A stretch of DNA of 64,000 nt from Spironucleus salmonicida (Eukaryota), in assembly GCF_000497125.1 (NCBI RefSeq), contig NC_090601.1, positions 1 through 64,000 on the forward strand, read 5' to 3'. Positions within the stretch are counted from its first letter, which is position 1; every line of letters starts with the position of its first letter. Position numbers and translations under genes: made by a program. The notes beneath the pieces were generated by a model. The model saw only the letters and a list, made by a program, of their open reading frames with translations. It was not told where the DNA came from and made no database searches. Shown here in pieces: positions 50,891 to 63,210 of the stretch.

Positions 50891-53389
50891 ATGTATGATA
50901 AACTAAAAATGTATTCGGCTATTTGCAAATTTAATACTTAAAAAGCTATTAATAAAAATGGTTCAACTGATTATTAATTTTAAGTTTTAATTCACACATC
51001 AGAGAGTTCTTTCTATAGCTCTTAAGTTTATTAGTTAACTTCAATTCAGAGCGTCGGGACGTTAGAGTTTTAATTTTAATGTTAAGTTTACAACCCGATT
51101 GTGGTTGCCAGACTAACCTTAATTGATCTTTAAGATGGAGTTTATTATCATAAACAGTAAAATCATTTCTTGCAAAATACTTAAATTTCTCTATAAAAAC
51201 GTGATTTATAGTCGATTATCGTACAGAATGGGAAATAACAGGTATAATTAGATTTTGTTATCTCTGAGTTGTAATTGTCAAAGTATTTCTAAATTCCGTA
51301 CTGTTAATTAAACTCTCCTAATCTTTATTTATTCTAAATAAAGTCTTCTATCTGGTAGTTTTTGGCAATCGAAATATAAGCAGGAATTATGTTTTTAACT
51401 TCAAATCTAGGTGATAGATAAGGTAATTTATCTGATTTTATAATACCTTTAGTAGATGAAATTTTAATTAAATTAATTCTTCGGTTTAATTTTGATGGTA
51501 AAATTCACAAAGTAACAATATTTACATCAAAATTAAAAATCACAAAACCATACGTAAAATAATCACTATTCAACATTAATGATATTGATCCTAAATTTTC
51601 TAAACATTTTTATGCTATGATAGATAACATGGTTTTTAGTTATACTTAGAAAAAATAATAGTTTAAAACAATAGAAGGTGTAGTTTTATATTCTAATATA
51701 TTTGCTAACTCATTGGGTTTTTTATCACGTTATGTATACGAACGCAATAATTCAATAGTCGAGTAAAACCTTAAATATTTTTAATGCTAATAACCAGCAA
51801 TGAAAACAGAAAATCCTAAGCTTCTAAAGCAATTTACAATTGAGTATAATGCAATTGAATCGTTAGATACGAGCAAATATCCATTTGATATATGGAATAC
51901 TACAGCAACATTTGTTTTACAGACTGTTACTCCAGAATAAAAATCTTCAGAATAAGGTTTTAAAGATTTAGTCGACCAATATGATTCAGCTTGTGCCGCT
52001 GGATTCTATTTTGTTAAACCAGGAGTCCGTTTATGTTTTGTTAGCCCAAGCAAGTTTGAACTTAATTTTTAAAATTTTGACATCGGAACTGGTAATCTTG
52101 CACTTGGTAATATTCAAGATTAACCTATCTTATACTCACATTATGATAATTAACAATCTCTTTTAAAACTTTTAACTATTAATGGGAAAAGTCTGGTCCA
52201 ACTTACTAAAAAAGGAGTTAATTTATTTGTAATTTTTTACTAAGATGGGATATATATTGAAGAAGAATATAGATTTACATCCTAAGAAATTAAATCTGCA
52301 TTAATAAATAAATAATTTTTTATAGAAAGAATTCTGAATGATGAGGTATCATTTAGACTTTATATTCATGACAAATTGTGTTTATAATAAAATAATCTCT
52401 ATCCGTAGGAGTTCAATCCTTAAATTATAGAATAATAAATTCTATATAACATGAATTAAGATATAATTAAATCATATTATCGTGATGGATCTAAGCTTAC
52501 TACACTACAACCGCCTATTTAAACGATTTAGCATACTTACGTCGCATAAAAAAAATTACGTGATGATTTTTTGGCGGAATAAGCACGAATAGCTGCATAT
52601 AATGCTAAGAAGTTAGCTGAGAAGCTAGAACGGGAAAGGATTCAACAGGAGCTTGAATAGAAATTAGAAGCCGAACGACTAGATATATTAGCATCCTAGT
52701 AAGCGGAAGCGTAAAGATTAATCAATGAGGAGGAAGCCAGAATCAAGGAAGAGGTTAGGATTGAGGAAGAAAAACGCCAAGAATAGGATAAAGCTCGTCT
52801 TTTGCTAAAACTTCGCTTAAAGAACAAATAAATAAATACCCAACCAAAATCACTCAATCATAATTAAACTTTAAATATTAGGTAAGTATAAACCGCATAA
52901 ATTTCACCTGATAAACGGATGTATGAACTAGCATAATTAAGTTAAAAAGCTGACTAAAAGCGAGCTCTTAGGGCTGTAAGTGTGATGCAAAGTGAGCTTA
53001 AAAGAAGAAATGTATAAATGTCATAGTTTGAACGGCAGAAATCTGTCATATAGAACCAAATTAAAAATACTCTTTCTTAGCAATTTACCTAGGCAATAAG
53101 TATGACTTAGGACTAAGAAAAATTATAAGAATTTTTGATCAAAGTAGCGTCATAAACTGAAATGGCAAAGATCGAGATGGAAATCGAACGTGGGTTAATG
53201 CTAGAAAGATTTTAAAAGATTGAATAAAACATGTTTAAAATTGCTGAATCGGATGAAGATAATCATATTAAGACTGCAGGTTATGAAGTTGTATAAGCAG
53301 TCGCAGAGGACATGCAGGATAAGTTACTTCAAATGCGACCAAAAATTAAGAATGAGTGGTAAAGTTTAGGAGAAGCTTTGCTTGAGTGA
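50891..53389 (+). CDS. Hypothetical protein (about 832 aa) with C-terminal coiled coil; paralog of 46079-48844
   Basis: Open frame from ATG 50891 (alternative start 50909) to GAG-TGA 53389. Collinear with the 46079 protein: LAIEIQAG…NLGDRQGNLSDFIIP vs FAIEVQTE…HLGSIQGDLGKIMIP, and NFDIGTGNLALGNIQD vs NFDIGTGNLAICKVQD. Confidence 0.82.
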
Positions 53390-53688
53390 GTTATATTTTA
53401 CATTATATTTTTAATATTTTCTATTCTAAAATTCGGAAAAATATTAATTAAAAGTGTTTGACATTAGATTGCGTTATTAAGTTGTTCTATTAATTTTATA
53501 ATAGCTAGTTATTTAATCTGAAATTTATATGAAAGTATGCATTTTTAATTAATTGTACAATTCTCAAAATAGTGGGAAATATACTTTATTATCATATTAA
53601 TTCATATTGTCAGAAACTATGAAACTAGAAATATGTATGGTATTTTATTAATTATATATTATTACACAATTACTTATTTTCCTTCAGA

Positions 53689-54255
53689 ATGATTTATCTA
53701 TTAGCAATCACAGGATGTTTCATAGGATTCAAGGATCTTATTATATATTAATACTCTATAAGTATAACAGTTATACCAAATGTATCACGTGATTGTCCTA
53801 TTTAAAAATATACTAACGTCAGATATCAATTAACGGATATTAACGACGAGGAAGCAAGAATAAATATTATTATTCCATACTAACATATGCCAGTATCAGC
53901 ATAAATGCATTCTGTTAACTTGATTCCAGCATAATTTAAAATTGTGGCATATTATCTTAAAATTGAAGAGGAATTATAATTAATACTTCCTGAGTCTAAG
54001 AATTTATATTAAGTTGTTACTATATTTATCGCTATACCGATATTTATTCTAGTTTTGCTTATTATTGCAATTGTATTTAAGCGTGTTACATTTAAGGCTA
54101 GGCTGCGAAAATTTATAAATTCATAAATTGATAGAATTCAATATTCATAATTATAAACATATGAAGACTCCGCTGAAACTATTATTGATGAGAATTAGAG
54201 AACCGCTCTCAAACATCCGGGGAAGCTAGTTAATAGTTATTTAACATGTCTGTGA
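53689..54255 (+). CDS. Single-pass membrane protein (188 aa) with short N-terminal hydrophobic leader
   Basis: Starts MIYLLAITGCFIGF…; one transmembrane segment VVTIFIAIPIFILVLLIIAIVF followed by basic residues (KRVTFKARLRK); TGA at 54253-54255. Confidence 0.75.
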
Positions 54256-54266
54256 TTTTTATTTTT

Positions 54267-54563
54267 TCACTCTTGGTCAGTTACGGAACAAACAGTTACA
54301 ACGAAATATTTACCTTATGGCACAATATTAATTTCTTTATTCATTGACCCAATGCGAGCATATTAAAGTTCATTAACTGGATCAACGTCACGAATTGAAG
54401 AACATGCAAGCATTCCTAATGGTAATACCAACTTAGCATAACGTGAAGTATCAGCATCTTATTCAAAACTTGAATGTAAAACGTTACCGTCATCTTGCAG
54501 TATAAGAACTCCATCAACAGATTCATGAGAAGAAATACGCTTGATAGTTGCAAAAATATCCAT
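54267..54563 (-). CDS. Dynein light chain roadblock/LC7 family protein (98 aa)
   Basis: MDIFATIKRISSHESVDGVLILQDDGNVLHSSF…SSIRDVDPVNELQYARIGSMNKEINIVPQGKYFVVTV matches the roadblock pattern (KRI.SHKGV…VRDIDP.N.L..LRI.S.K.EI.VAP…). Confidence 0.9.
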
Positions 54564-54624
54564 ATTTGCGGAACGAAATTACGGTAATATAATTATATAT
54601 ACGTAATTACATAATAGGTAGAAA

Positions 54625-54891
54625 TCAGATATTTGAACTTAACTTTCTAAGTTCCGCAAGCTTTTCGCTAAAATTCCATGATATATTAGATTTATATCTA
54701 CTTTGGCCTTTTTCTGTCGGTAATTATTTTGATCTAAGAGAGATAGGTAAAACTAAAGTTTCCCTAATTTAGTTAATCTCTTTTTATGTGTACTCTTTTA
54801 CGTATCGTTGCTCATATACTCTTGATTTAGGTCTACGATCTGATAAAGGTTCTCTTAATTCATTTTTTAAAAACTATTAGGCTGACTTCAT
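54625..54891 (-). CDS. Hypothetical protein (88 aa)
   Basis: ATG 54891 (MKSAQQFLKNELREPLSDRRPKSRVY…) to TGA 54625; fills the gap between neighbouring genes. Confidence 0.55.
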
Positions 54892-54922
54892 TAAAAAACA
54901 TTATAAATATACTATTATATAA

Positions 54923-55795
54923 TCATTATATAATCCAAGTCTAAGTTTAAATTTCTAAAACATTTACTCCAAAATTAGAAAAGATTTTACCCTACCAACA
55001 ATGCAATGCAAAAAGACATAAATTTGTCTCCTCAACATTAGTTTCGTTAATTATATTATCTAAATAATTTTTTAGTTTTATTTCGAACTATTTACTCCAT
55101 TTATTCAAGAAATAATACCCTAGAGAAGATGTAGAAACTGTTTTATATTGTAGGATATTAAACTTTTCTAGAAAAGTGTCATTCCTAAGTGTTAATTACT
55201 CAACATACGCAAATTACTTTACAAACAGTTCGAAAAATATTTTATTATGCTAAATAAAATTATAAATTTTTAAATTTGTTGGAGTTACATTATTCAATAT
55301 CGGTAAATATTTTTCATTTTTTATTATAAACCTGTCAATGAGTGAAATATTTATAAAACGTTAATTTTATTCCAATGATTACTTTAAAATATAAATGTAG
55401 TAATCGTTCTCTATTTGTAACTATTTTTAATTTAGCAAATGTGAATTTTGATAAAGTTTGCTGTTTAAATACTCTATTTTATCTTAAACAAATTTAATTA
55501 AAGTTGGGTACAATGCTAATTCATAAATTAATGTAGGTACGACTGTTTCGGCCCCATTTTATCTAACAATGATTTTATCCTTCTATAATCCAGTAATTTA
55601 TTATTTCTGATATTCTATTTTATTCTCAAGCTCTTGCTGTATTTTAAAAGCTTACTTATTTTTTCGTATATCTAACTTAAGTTCGGCGTTAATTTTTCTT
55701 TATTTAAAATAATATTACTTAATTTCGTAAGCTGAAAGTAAATTTTACGTTAAATATCCAATATAAGTCTCGTATTCCCAATCTACAATATTCAT
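54923..55795 (-). CDS. Hypothetical protein (290 aa)
   Basis: ATG 55795 (MNIVDWEYETYIGYLTQNLL…), with no in-frame TGA until 54923. It starts 47 nt after the LeuRS stop. Confidence 0.65.
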
Positions 55796-55842
55796 TTTTA
55801 ATAAAAATAAAAAATTAATAATACTATATAAATAAAATTATA

Positions 55843-58800
55843 TCATTCAAAGAAGATAATAGGTCTGCCTGGTGCTGCTGCACTGCATTTTTCAGCAGGC
55901 ATAGGCCCTTCACCAATGATATAGACTTCAACCACATCTAGTTACAAACTTGACTTAATCATAAATTGATATTCTAAATAGGTAACCTTTTCATCATAAG
56001 GCATTTTAGTAACCAAGGCATCCGCTCCTTCAATTTTGTAAAGGCCAATCATATCTGCGATGAATTTCATAAGTCTTTTACTATCCTTAGCCTCCATACC
56101 TAACTTTTCCATAGCATGAACTCTGCACAAACCAGCAGCACTCTTTTCTAAGATTCCATCCTCTAAATCTCTTAAAAAGTCACAAACACCAGCTTGCCAA
56201 TTTTCAAATTCAGTAGCAACATATATAACTCCCTTTTTCGGTTTTTGAGGTATATCTTTAGATCCTTTTTTCGGTTTTAACGAGTCCTACCAACGAATTT
56301 TCAATCTGTTTATGCTAGCACATATCGAAGTATAAATCTTTATATATTTAGAAGTAGACCTTGCCAACTCAGCTAAATTATCTTAAATTGGCGATTTCAT
56401 GATTGACTTAGGGTTTTTGAGCTAAGCTTACCAAATTTCTTCAGCTGTATGGGGTATAACAACTGATATTAATTTTGCTTATAATTCCAAAAACTAAACT
56501 GAAAATTTTCTAATTGGTTTTAAGTTTTAATAGTCACATGACTAAATATAAAGTTCACGAATCTTATTCATTTCGCCGAAGCAAGCAAGCATACCATCTC
56601 TAAAACGACATCTTTCGAAATAACAATCAGCTTTAGATGCTGCATCAAACATTTATGCTTAAAATACATGATCCGAGGTTACAGTGTTATCTCTATTTTC
56701 GCTTATATCAAGTAGATTTTAGCTAGCCTTGAGCAACTAAGTAATTTTCAAAATAGCTTGGTCTGCAGTTTCGGTCTTGAAATTAGCATCATCGCCTGCA
56801 TCTCCCGCATCGGCTAGTGCAAACCTAACTCCGTCTGGAGTATACTTTATAATGGCTTCTTCTGCGGTTAAGAAGTTTCCAGATGATTTAGACATTTTCT
56901 CATCATTTAACAGCAAATGACCGTTTGCACGTATACCTAATGGCCATTTTGTAACATCATCCCAAATTGCTACATGAGTATAAATAAAGAATGTTAAATG
57001 GTTATTTACTAAATCTTTACCAGAACAACGTAGGTTAACTGGATAAAAATAAAGGAATGATGCACGCATTTCTTCTACCAAATCTTTAAATGGTGTTAAT
57101 GTATCAGGGCATATTTTAGTTAAATCGAAAATATAGTCAAAGAATTCGTCATTGATAAGATTTTATGGAATTGGACAAGATGAAGCATCTAAACTATCAT
57201 TTTATAATATGTGTGCTATAGTATAATATGCATTATAAATCGTGGAGTCAGATAATGATTCTATAATGTATTTTTCATCCCATGGGATTTTAGTACCTAA
57301 CCCAAATGTTCTAGATACTGCCCATTGCTTGAGCCAATCTAATACACGCTCAAATTATTTTCTAATTTCATCCGAAAATGTGTCAAGGCTTGCTAGAGCC
57401 TTTTAAGCCTTTTATTTCCACACTTCTTCACCATAGTCAAGGTACCATTACTCGGTTAAAGCCACAACGCATTCACAGCCAGATCTCGACATTATGATAG
57501 ATTCAGGTTCAGCGTAAAGATATGCTAATCCTTCTTTAATCAAAAGATCTCTACATAATATTTTACAGTCTTAAACTTTTTTGCCAGAAAAAGGTCCTGC
57601 AATCATGATTCCTTCATAAAATCCTTGCTTGTAACATATATCTTTGATTTCTTTAAGCTTTTCCTTATCATGTTACGATTTAACTCCTCTCTCTATGCAT
57701 AATTTTCTGGCTGCGCCTACACCAATTTCAGGGATTTCTATAATATCTATGATCTCAATATTTTTAACCAGGTTGATATCAATATTATACTTCTCCACCA
57801 CACCATCATTATTGTTAATAATATCCATAAATGCAGCATAGTCATCAGGAGCATCAGATGGGACGGAAGTAACAACACCAGTACCTTTATCCATTAAAAT
57901 TGTTAATAGAGGTAACACAGGTATTTAACTAAGAGGTGTAAGAGGTGCTTTTACCAAACAATTAATAAGTTCTTAACCTAAAATTTGGCAGACAACATCA
58001 GTTTCTCCTATTGGCTTACCATTATTTTAATGTTAGTATGCCATATTTTATCCAGCATGTTAACCTGATACTATCACTTTGTTTTCCTCAATTCTATATA
58101 AGTAATATTCACCATCTGGTTTAACCCAAACATTAGTTTAGCCACACATTGTTTCTGGGCGCAATGTAGCACAAGGTAAATATATTTTATCATTTTCATT
58201 AACTAAATCATAAATTTTAGCATTATTCGTTTCGTTCTTTAATAACTCAGTTAATACAATTGTATACTCTTGAGATTAAACACCTTCTCCACTGGCTCTG
58301 TCATGATCCAAACAGGGTTATTAATCAATTGGTGACCAAATTGTAAATCTCTCACCAAATTTAATAAAGCCTTTTCGTTTGAGAGTGTTAAACTGCCATC
58401 TAATAAACTTATCATAACATGGATTTTTATCACTGGTATAAAAGTTTCTTCTCCAATCAATCCTACCACCAAATTACATCATGTCTTATTTACAAATAGG
58501 AGGGAAATAGTCAACCCAATAGTAAGGATCTATAAAATTAGGTATTTCCTATTCTGGAATACCTAAATCTTTTAATATATCATACTATGATTTTCCTGAA
58601 GCTTTAGAAACAGCTTTAGATTTTTTACTTCTAAATTATCCTACCACTATATCTTTTTCAATTAGTTATGAATTAATTTATTAAGCAATATCAATGTCTT
58701 TATCATTGTTTTTGTTCTTTAATTCATTTTCTAACTTCTTAGCTGCTCCACAAATAGGTTATCCGGTTACATGGAAAGCAAAAGGGAACAATACATTTTC

Positions 58801-59007
58801 TCCTTTAATTGTATGGTATCCGGCTGCAAAATCACATTTTGAAGCAGTAAATAAATGGCCTAAGTGAAGCTTACCATTCATATATGGATATGGAAAAGTT
58901 ACCATATACTTTTTACGATCATCTGGTGTAGCCTCGAATAATTTTTCAGCTTCCCATTCAGCCTAATATTTATTACAAATTTATTATAGAATATTTCTTG
59001 CTTCCAT
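55843..59007 (-). CDS. LARS: Leucyl-tRNA synthetase, archaeal/eukaryotic cytosolic type (1054 aa)
   Basis: [15 protein letters not shown] (HIGH motif), [41 protein letters not shown] (editing domain), CSRTFGLGT-like region, [19 protein letters not shown] and a C-terminal PGRP. Confidence 0.97.
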
Positions 59008-59040
59008 TTAAGATAAGGAGGGGAATGGAATGAAAGCAAA
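59008..59040 (-). promoter_or_regulatory. C-rich element immediately upstream of the start codon
   Basis: The minus strand reads TTTCATTCCATTCCCCTCCTTATCTTAA-ATG in an otherwise AT-rich spacer. Similar pyrimidine/C-rich patches precede the ATGs at 8900, 23896, 46079, 53689, 54563 and 59290. A C-rich upstream motif has been described in S. salmonicida. Confidence 0.5.
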
Positions 59041-59289
59041 ATATATTAATATTATATAGTAAAAATACTACCATAGTTTTTACTTATAATGATATTATTA
59101 TATTATTAATATGCCCTAATATTAGATTTACAAATTGTAATTCTAACATTCCTTTATTTAAATTTAATTATATTATTTCATAATTTTAGATTATTTAATT
59201 TTGTAATTAAGATTAATATGTAGGTATTGATATAATACTAAACAATAATATATTAATCCGCTCCAATTGTGTCCCTTCCATAATTTCTA

Positions 59290-59631
59290 ATGAGATCACA
59301 AAATTAAACTATATCCCGTCAGAAGTTCTAGGTACAAAACAATGCACCAATATTTAACTCCTAGCCTTAACCTATTATAAGTTCTGTCTCCTCCGTGCCA
59401 TTACGTTTTCCTACTGCGAACTAACTAGCACCTGTATAGTTTTTTGACGAAGAGCCAATGTTACTAGGCCTTCATAAGCCTAATGTATAATATGCCAAAT
59501 CAATTCACTTTGAAATTTCAGAATAAGACTCTGGCCTTTAAACATCTAAGGGATTCAACAGCTTCTCAGAGATGAGTTATGTCTCAGAATGTAGCGCATT
59601 TTAATTAATATAATAGTTAGAAGTGGAGTGA
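59290..59631 (+). CDS. Hypothetical protein (113 aa)
   Basis: ATG 59290 after a C-rich patch (MRSQNQTISRQKFQVQNNAP…); ends GAG-TGA at 59631; divergent from LeuRS. Confidence 0.65.
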
Positions 59632-59646
59632 TTTGCGGTTTTTATA

Positions 59647-60864
59647 TCACCATTCTTTGTCAATAAAAAATTTAACCTTTTAAACATCCTCATGCAAAGG
59701 AGAATCAATAATTTAGCCACCCACGTCATGCGAGTAAATATAATTTTATCCAGCTTTACTTTCTCTATACCCTGGACGTGGGCGCATTAACTCTTAATTT
59801 TAATTCTTTTCCAAATAGTCCATTACATTTTATAAAGCATAATAACTAGAGTTAGATTTTGATGCTCGTGCAAGATAACATACTACTTCAGCTATTAAAA
59901 GTTGTCCTTCAGAGTCACCTACAATATGTAATCCTTATGCTGCCGATACAGCTAATGGTAATGCAGCAACATCAGCGAGACCTATGTCCTCAGCTGCGAT
60001 TACAATTAATCTTCTTGATACTTTTATTAAAGGTTCTTCACACTTAATTAAAACTCCAAGAAAATAAATAGCCCCATCAATATCACTGCAACGAATGGAT
60101 TTTTAAAGACCTGAATGAGCTTCATAAACCAAGGAAGATGAAACTACTGTATGGGAACAAAACTTTAACGCTGTTTTTACTGAATCTATTGTGATCTAAC
60201 CGTTAACTATAGAATTTTATAATACCTACAATGCCTTGCGAAAGTCTCCAGCCGTTTCTCGAGCAATTAATGCTAGTGCTTCGGGATCTGCTTATTAGTG
60301 AATTGTCAGATTCTAATCTAAAGGCTGAAGTTAATTAAGACATTTACATATGAGTATTAGGATATCTCTAGCTAATGGTTATTTAAGCTCAATCTATAGC
60401 ATTCTTGATCGTAAACCTGATATAATTTAGTGGATTGATGACTCAGTAGTGGCTGCAATAAGTGTAATTTTTTATTACTCTACCAATGACAAAAATATGA
60501 TTTATTAAGTAGATGATAACGCATGAAATTCATCCACAAATATTATTAAATGACCACTCTAACTAATTTGTTTAGTAATAATATCATCAATAACTCCCTT
60601 TGAAAATTTTCCAGATGCAATCTCAATAAAATTTAAATGCTTTCCAAAAATTTTATTAGTACTACCAAAAATTTTAACATAAGCTCTTGCCAATGATGTT
60701 TTTCCTGACCCTGGAGGTCCATTTAATATAATTGATGGTGGGAAAGAGATATTTTTGAAAAGCTAGAACAACTTTCCTTGTTTGTTATCAAATAATTCTG
60801 GATCGCCTATGAAATCTGTTAAATAAACGGGGCGCATCAATTCAGAAAATATCGTTTATGCCAT
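59647..60864 (-). CDS. MgsA/RarA/WRNIP1-family AAA+ ATPase (405 aa)
   Basis: SELMRP…DFIG, GPPGSGKTSLA (Walker A), IFVDEFH (Walker B), LIAATTE, GLRSR, GDFRKAL, SGLQKSIRCSDIDGAIY, RRLIVIAAEDIGLAD, YLARASKSNS and YIYSHD. Confidence 0.93.
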
Positions 60865-60901
60865 TCTGTGAATATAACTTACATATAATATAATATATAA
60901 A

Positions 60902-62869
60902 TCACTGTTTCATATCCTCTTACTAACTGCCTAATATTGTTTAAATAGTTTTAAACATCTCAATAGCGATCCCAATGACATAATTCTAGATAGAGCTAGG
61001 ATCCTCATGATTTTCCACAGCTTTAATAGAAAGACCTTATTTGATGAGAGTTTAATGAATTTCAACGAAAGTCTCTTATAAAATCTATGCTCCCTCATTA
61101 ATTTCTGTTAACTCTTATTCTTTGACTAAAATATTATTTAGCTTTTATATAATTATTTACACTTATTTACTAGGTTTCAGTTTATAATATAGATCAGGTA
61201 TATTTCCTATTAGATTTAGTATTTCTGATAAATCTGGCTACTCGTTTCCAATTAATTATTTTTCAATATCAAAATTTTCAGATTATAATTTTTATATGCA
61301 TAAAAATTTATTATTCCAAATACTACCACTGCCAACCTATACAAATTAGTCTAGTTATTATTTAATAACTTTCACTGGTTAATCTTTTATTTGATGTTAG
61401 ACTTATTACTTTCTTTACGATGAGAGCTTTGAAACCGTAGTAGTAACTATATTTGATGGGAAATCATCTTGGTCGTACTAAAGTTTCATTGATTATTATG
61501 ATTTTTTTAATTTATCCACTTTCTCAGCAATTTTAATTCTTTATTGTTTCTTTACTTCTGTCTAAGCTTATACTATATTTACTTCTTATATATCGTTATT
61601 AGATTACGTGATATACTTAGAACCATTGAGTGCTAACATTTCGCCTTCACAACTATCCTTTAGCAATTGAGGAGATTACGCTTAAAATTACTCATCTTTT
61701 ATATTTTTAACAAAATTAAACAATGTATCTGATTAACCTTATTTACCTTATTTTTAAAACGTGTATTCATTATTATTAATCTTACTATAAGTAATATCCT
61801 TAGAAAACTCAGTGTGCTTACTCACATCTATATTAATTGGTTTATCATATATATCATCATTTATATTTTATCTATTAATATTACCAAAGTGTAAATTTTG
61901 AGTCTGAAATTAATTTTATAGATAATAATTATCGTGATCATAATTAAAATTTAGCTCTTCATGATCGATTTTTTTTCTAATTTCCTTTTTAGAAACCATC
62001 TTAATTGGATTAATAAACTCCTCCATTTATAAATCTCTCAATACCGAGTCATCTTCAAAATTTTTAAATACTCTTCTATTTTTTAATTTTTCTACTGGTT
62101 AGTAATCACTATATCTTAAATTTTCTATTTTACTGTTCTGAAATTTCTGATACTAAATATCTAAAGCATCTTAGTTTACATTTGATTTTCTGAAATTTCC
62201 AGATAATGTAATATGTTCTTTTTAATTGTTTAAATTTGTAGATTAAAATTGCATTTATTTTAAAAAATTTCCTTCAACTTTAGGTATCCCCTTTTAAATT
62301 ACTTTCTTTTCAAATCTAGCTAACACTATTTCACTAACACTATTCAAATTTAGATCAACTTTGATATATTAGTAACTAGAATCTAATAAATTAGCTAGTC
62401 TTACTGCTCCACTTGTCTAAATTTTATTTTTGCGTAAGTTTAATATTTTTATTAGGGATTAATTTTTTAAATTTAAAGCTAATCCATCTATTAAAATATC
62501 TAATTATTGGTTAGTAATATCACAATCTCTGAGATCTAATTCTTCAACTATACAATGAGGTGATCCAATAAATATGGATAATTATTTGAATGATGACTGG
62601 AATATATTTCTAGAGATTAAAAGTTATTTTAAACCTTTCGGGCTTGTTATTTAATTTGATAGCACACTAAATAACTCTATAAATTAGGAATTATTTAAAT
62701 TAGAAGCGCCTAAATCCAATGATTCAATATACAGACATGGGAGAACAATTAAAAACTCTCTAAACGTATGCTCATTAAATTCACATTACCATAAATCTAG
62801 AATTTTGGCTGGTGAAATTGATATGGAGCGAATATGGTCAAAAGTTATCTTTGAAAATCTATAAGTCAT
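60902..62869 (-). CDS. Leucine-rich repeat (RNI-like) protein with Q/E/K-rich C-terminus (655 aa)
   Basis: ATG 62869 to CAG-TGA 60902 with no in-frame TGA. Repeats ILDLWQCEF, IESLDLGASNL, LKQLLISRNIF, VEELDLRDCDI and IKILNLRKNKIQTSGAVRLA. Confidence 0.85.
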
Positions 62870-62965
62870 ATTTTTGTGTATACTCAATAAATCTGTATAA
62901 TAACGTAAATTTGTGAAAAATAATAAAGTATTATAAATTTCAATGATAATTAAATTTATTATAAG

Positions 62966-63181
62966 TCAGATCATATATATTATTAAAGTTATTACCGACA
63001 GAATAGCTTAAAGAAATACAAGCTTTTAAACAACATTAACTTTAACATTTGATTGTGTTTGATACTGCTAATTCAACTAACTTAATTCGTATTATATTAA
63101 GCTATACCTCACTTTACATTCATAATGCAAGATTTTTAGATAAGTAATATTCTCTTATTAATAAAATAATTATTATCTCAT
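62966..63181 (-). CDS. Possible small (71 aa) tail-anchored protein
   Basis: MRQQLFYQQENITYLKILHYECKVRYSLIQYELSQLNQQYQ…KLVFLQAILSVITLIIYMI*. It fits between the LRR and TTL genes and has a hydrophobic C-terminus. Confidence 0.4.
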
Positions 63182-63210
63182 TATTTATACATTATATATA
63201 ATTATTATAT

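Noticed and set aside
46304-60047. Track ORFs 46304, 47120, 47944 and 49543 (-); 48465, 51981, 57644 and 59859 (+); and 58251 (-)
   Set aside because: All overlap better-supported table-6 genes on the opposite strand or in another frame.
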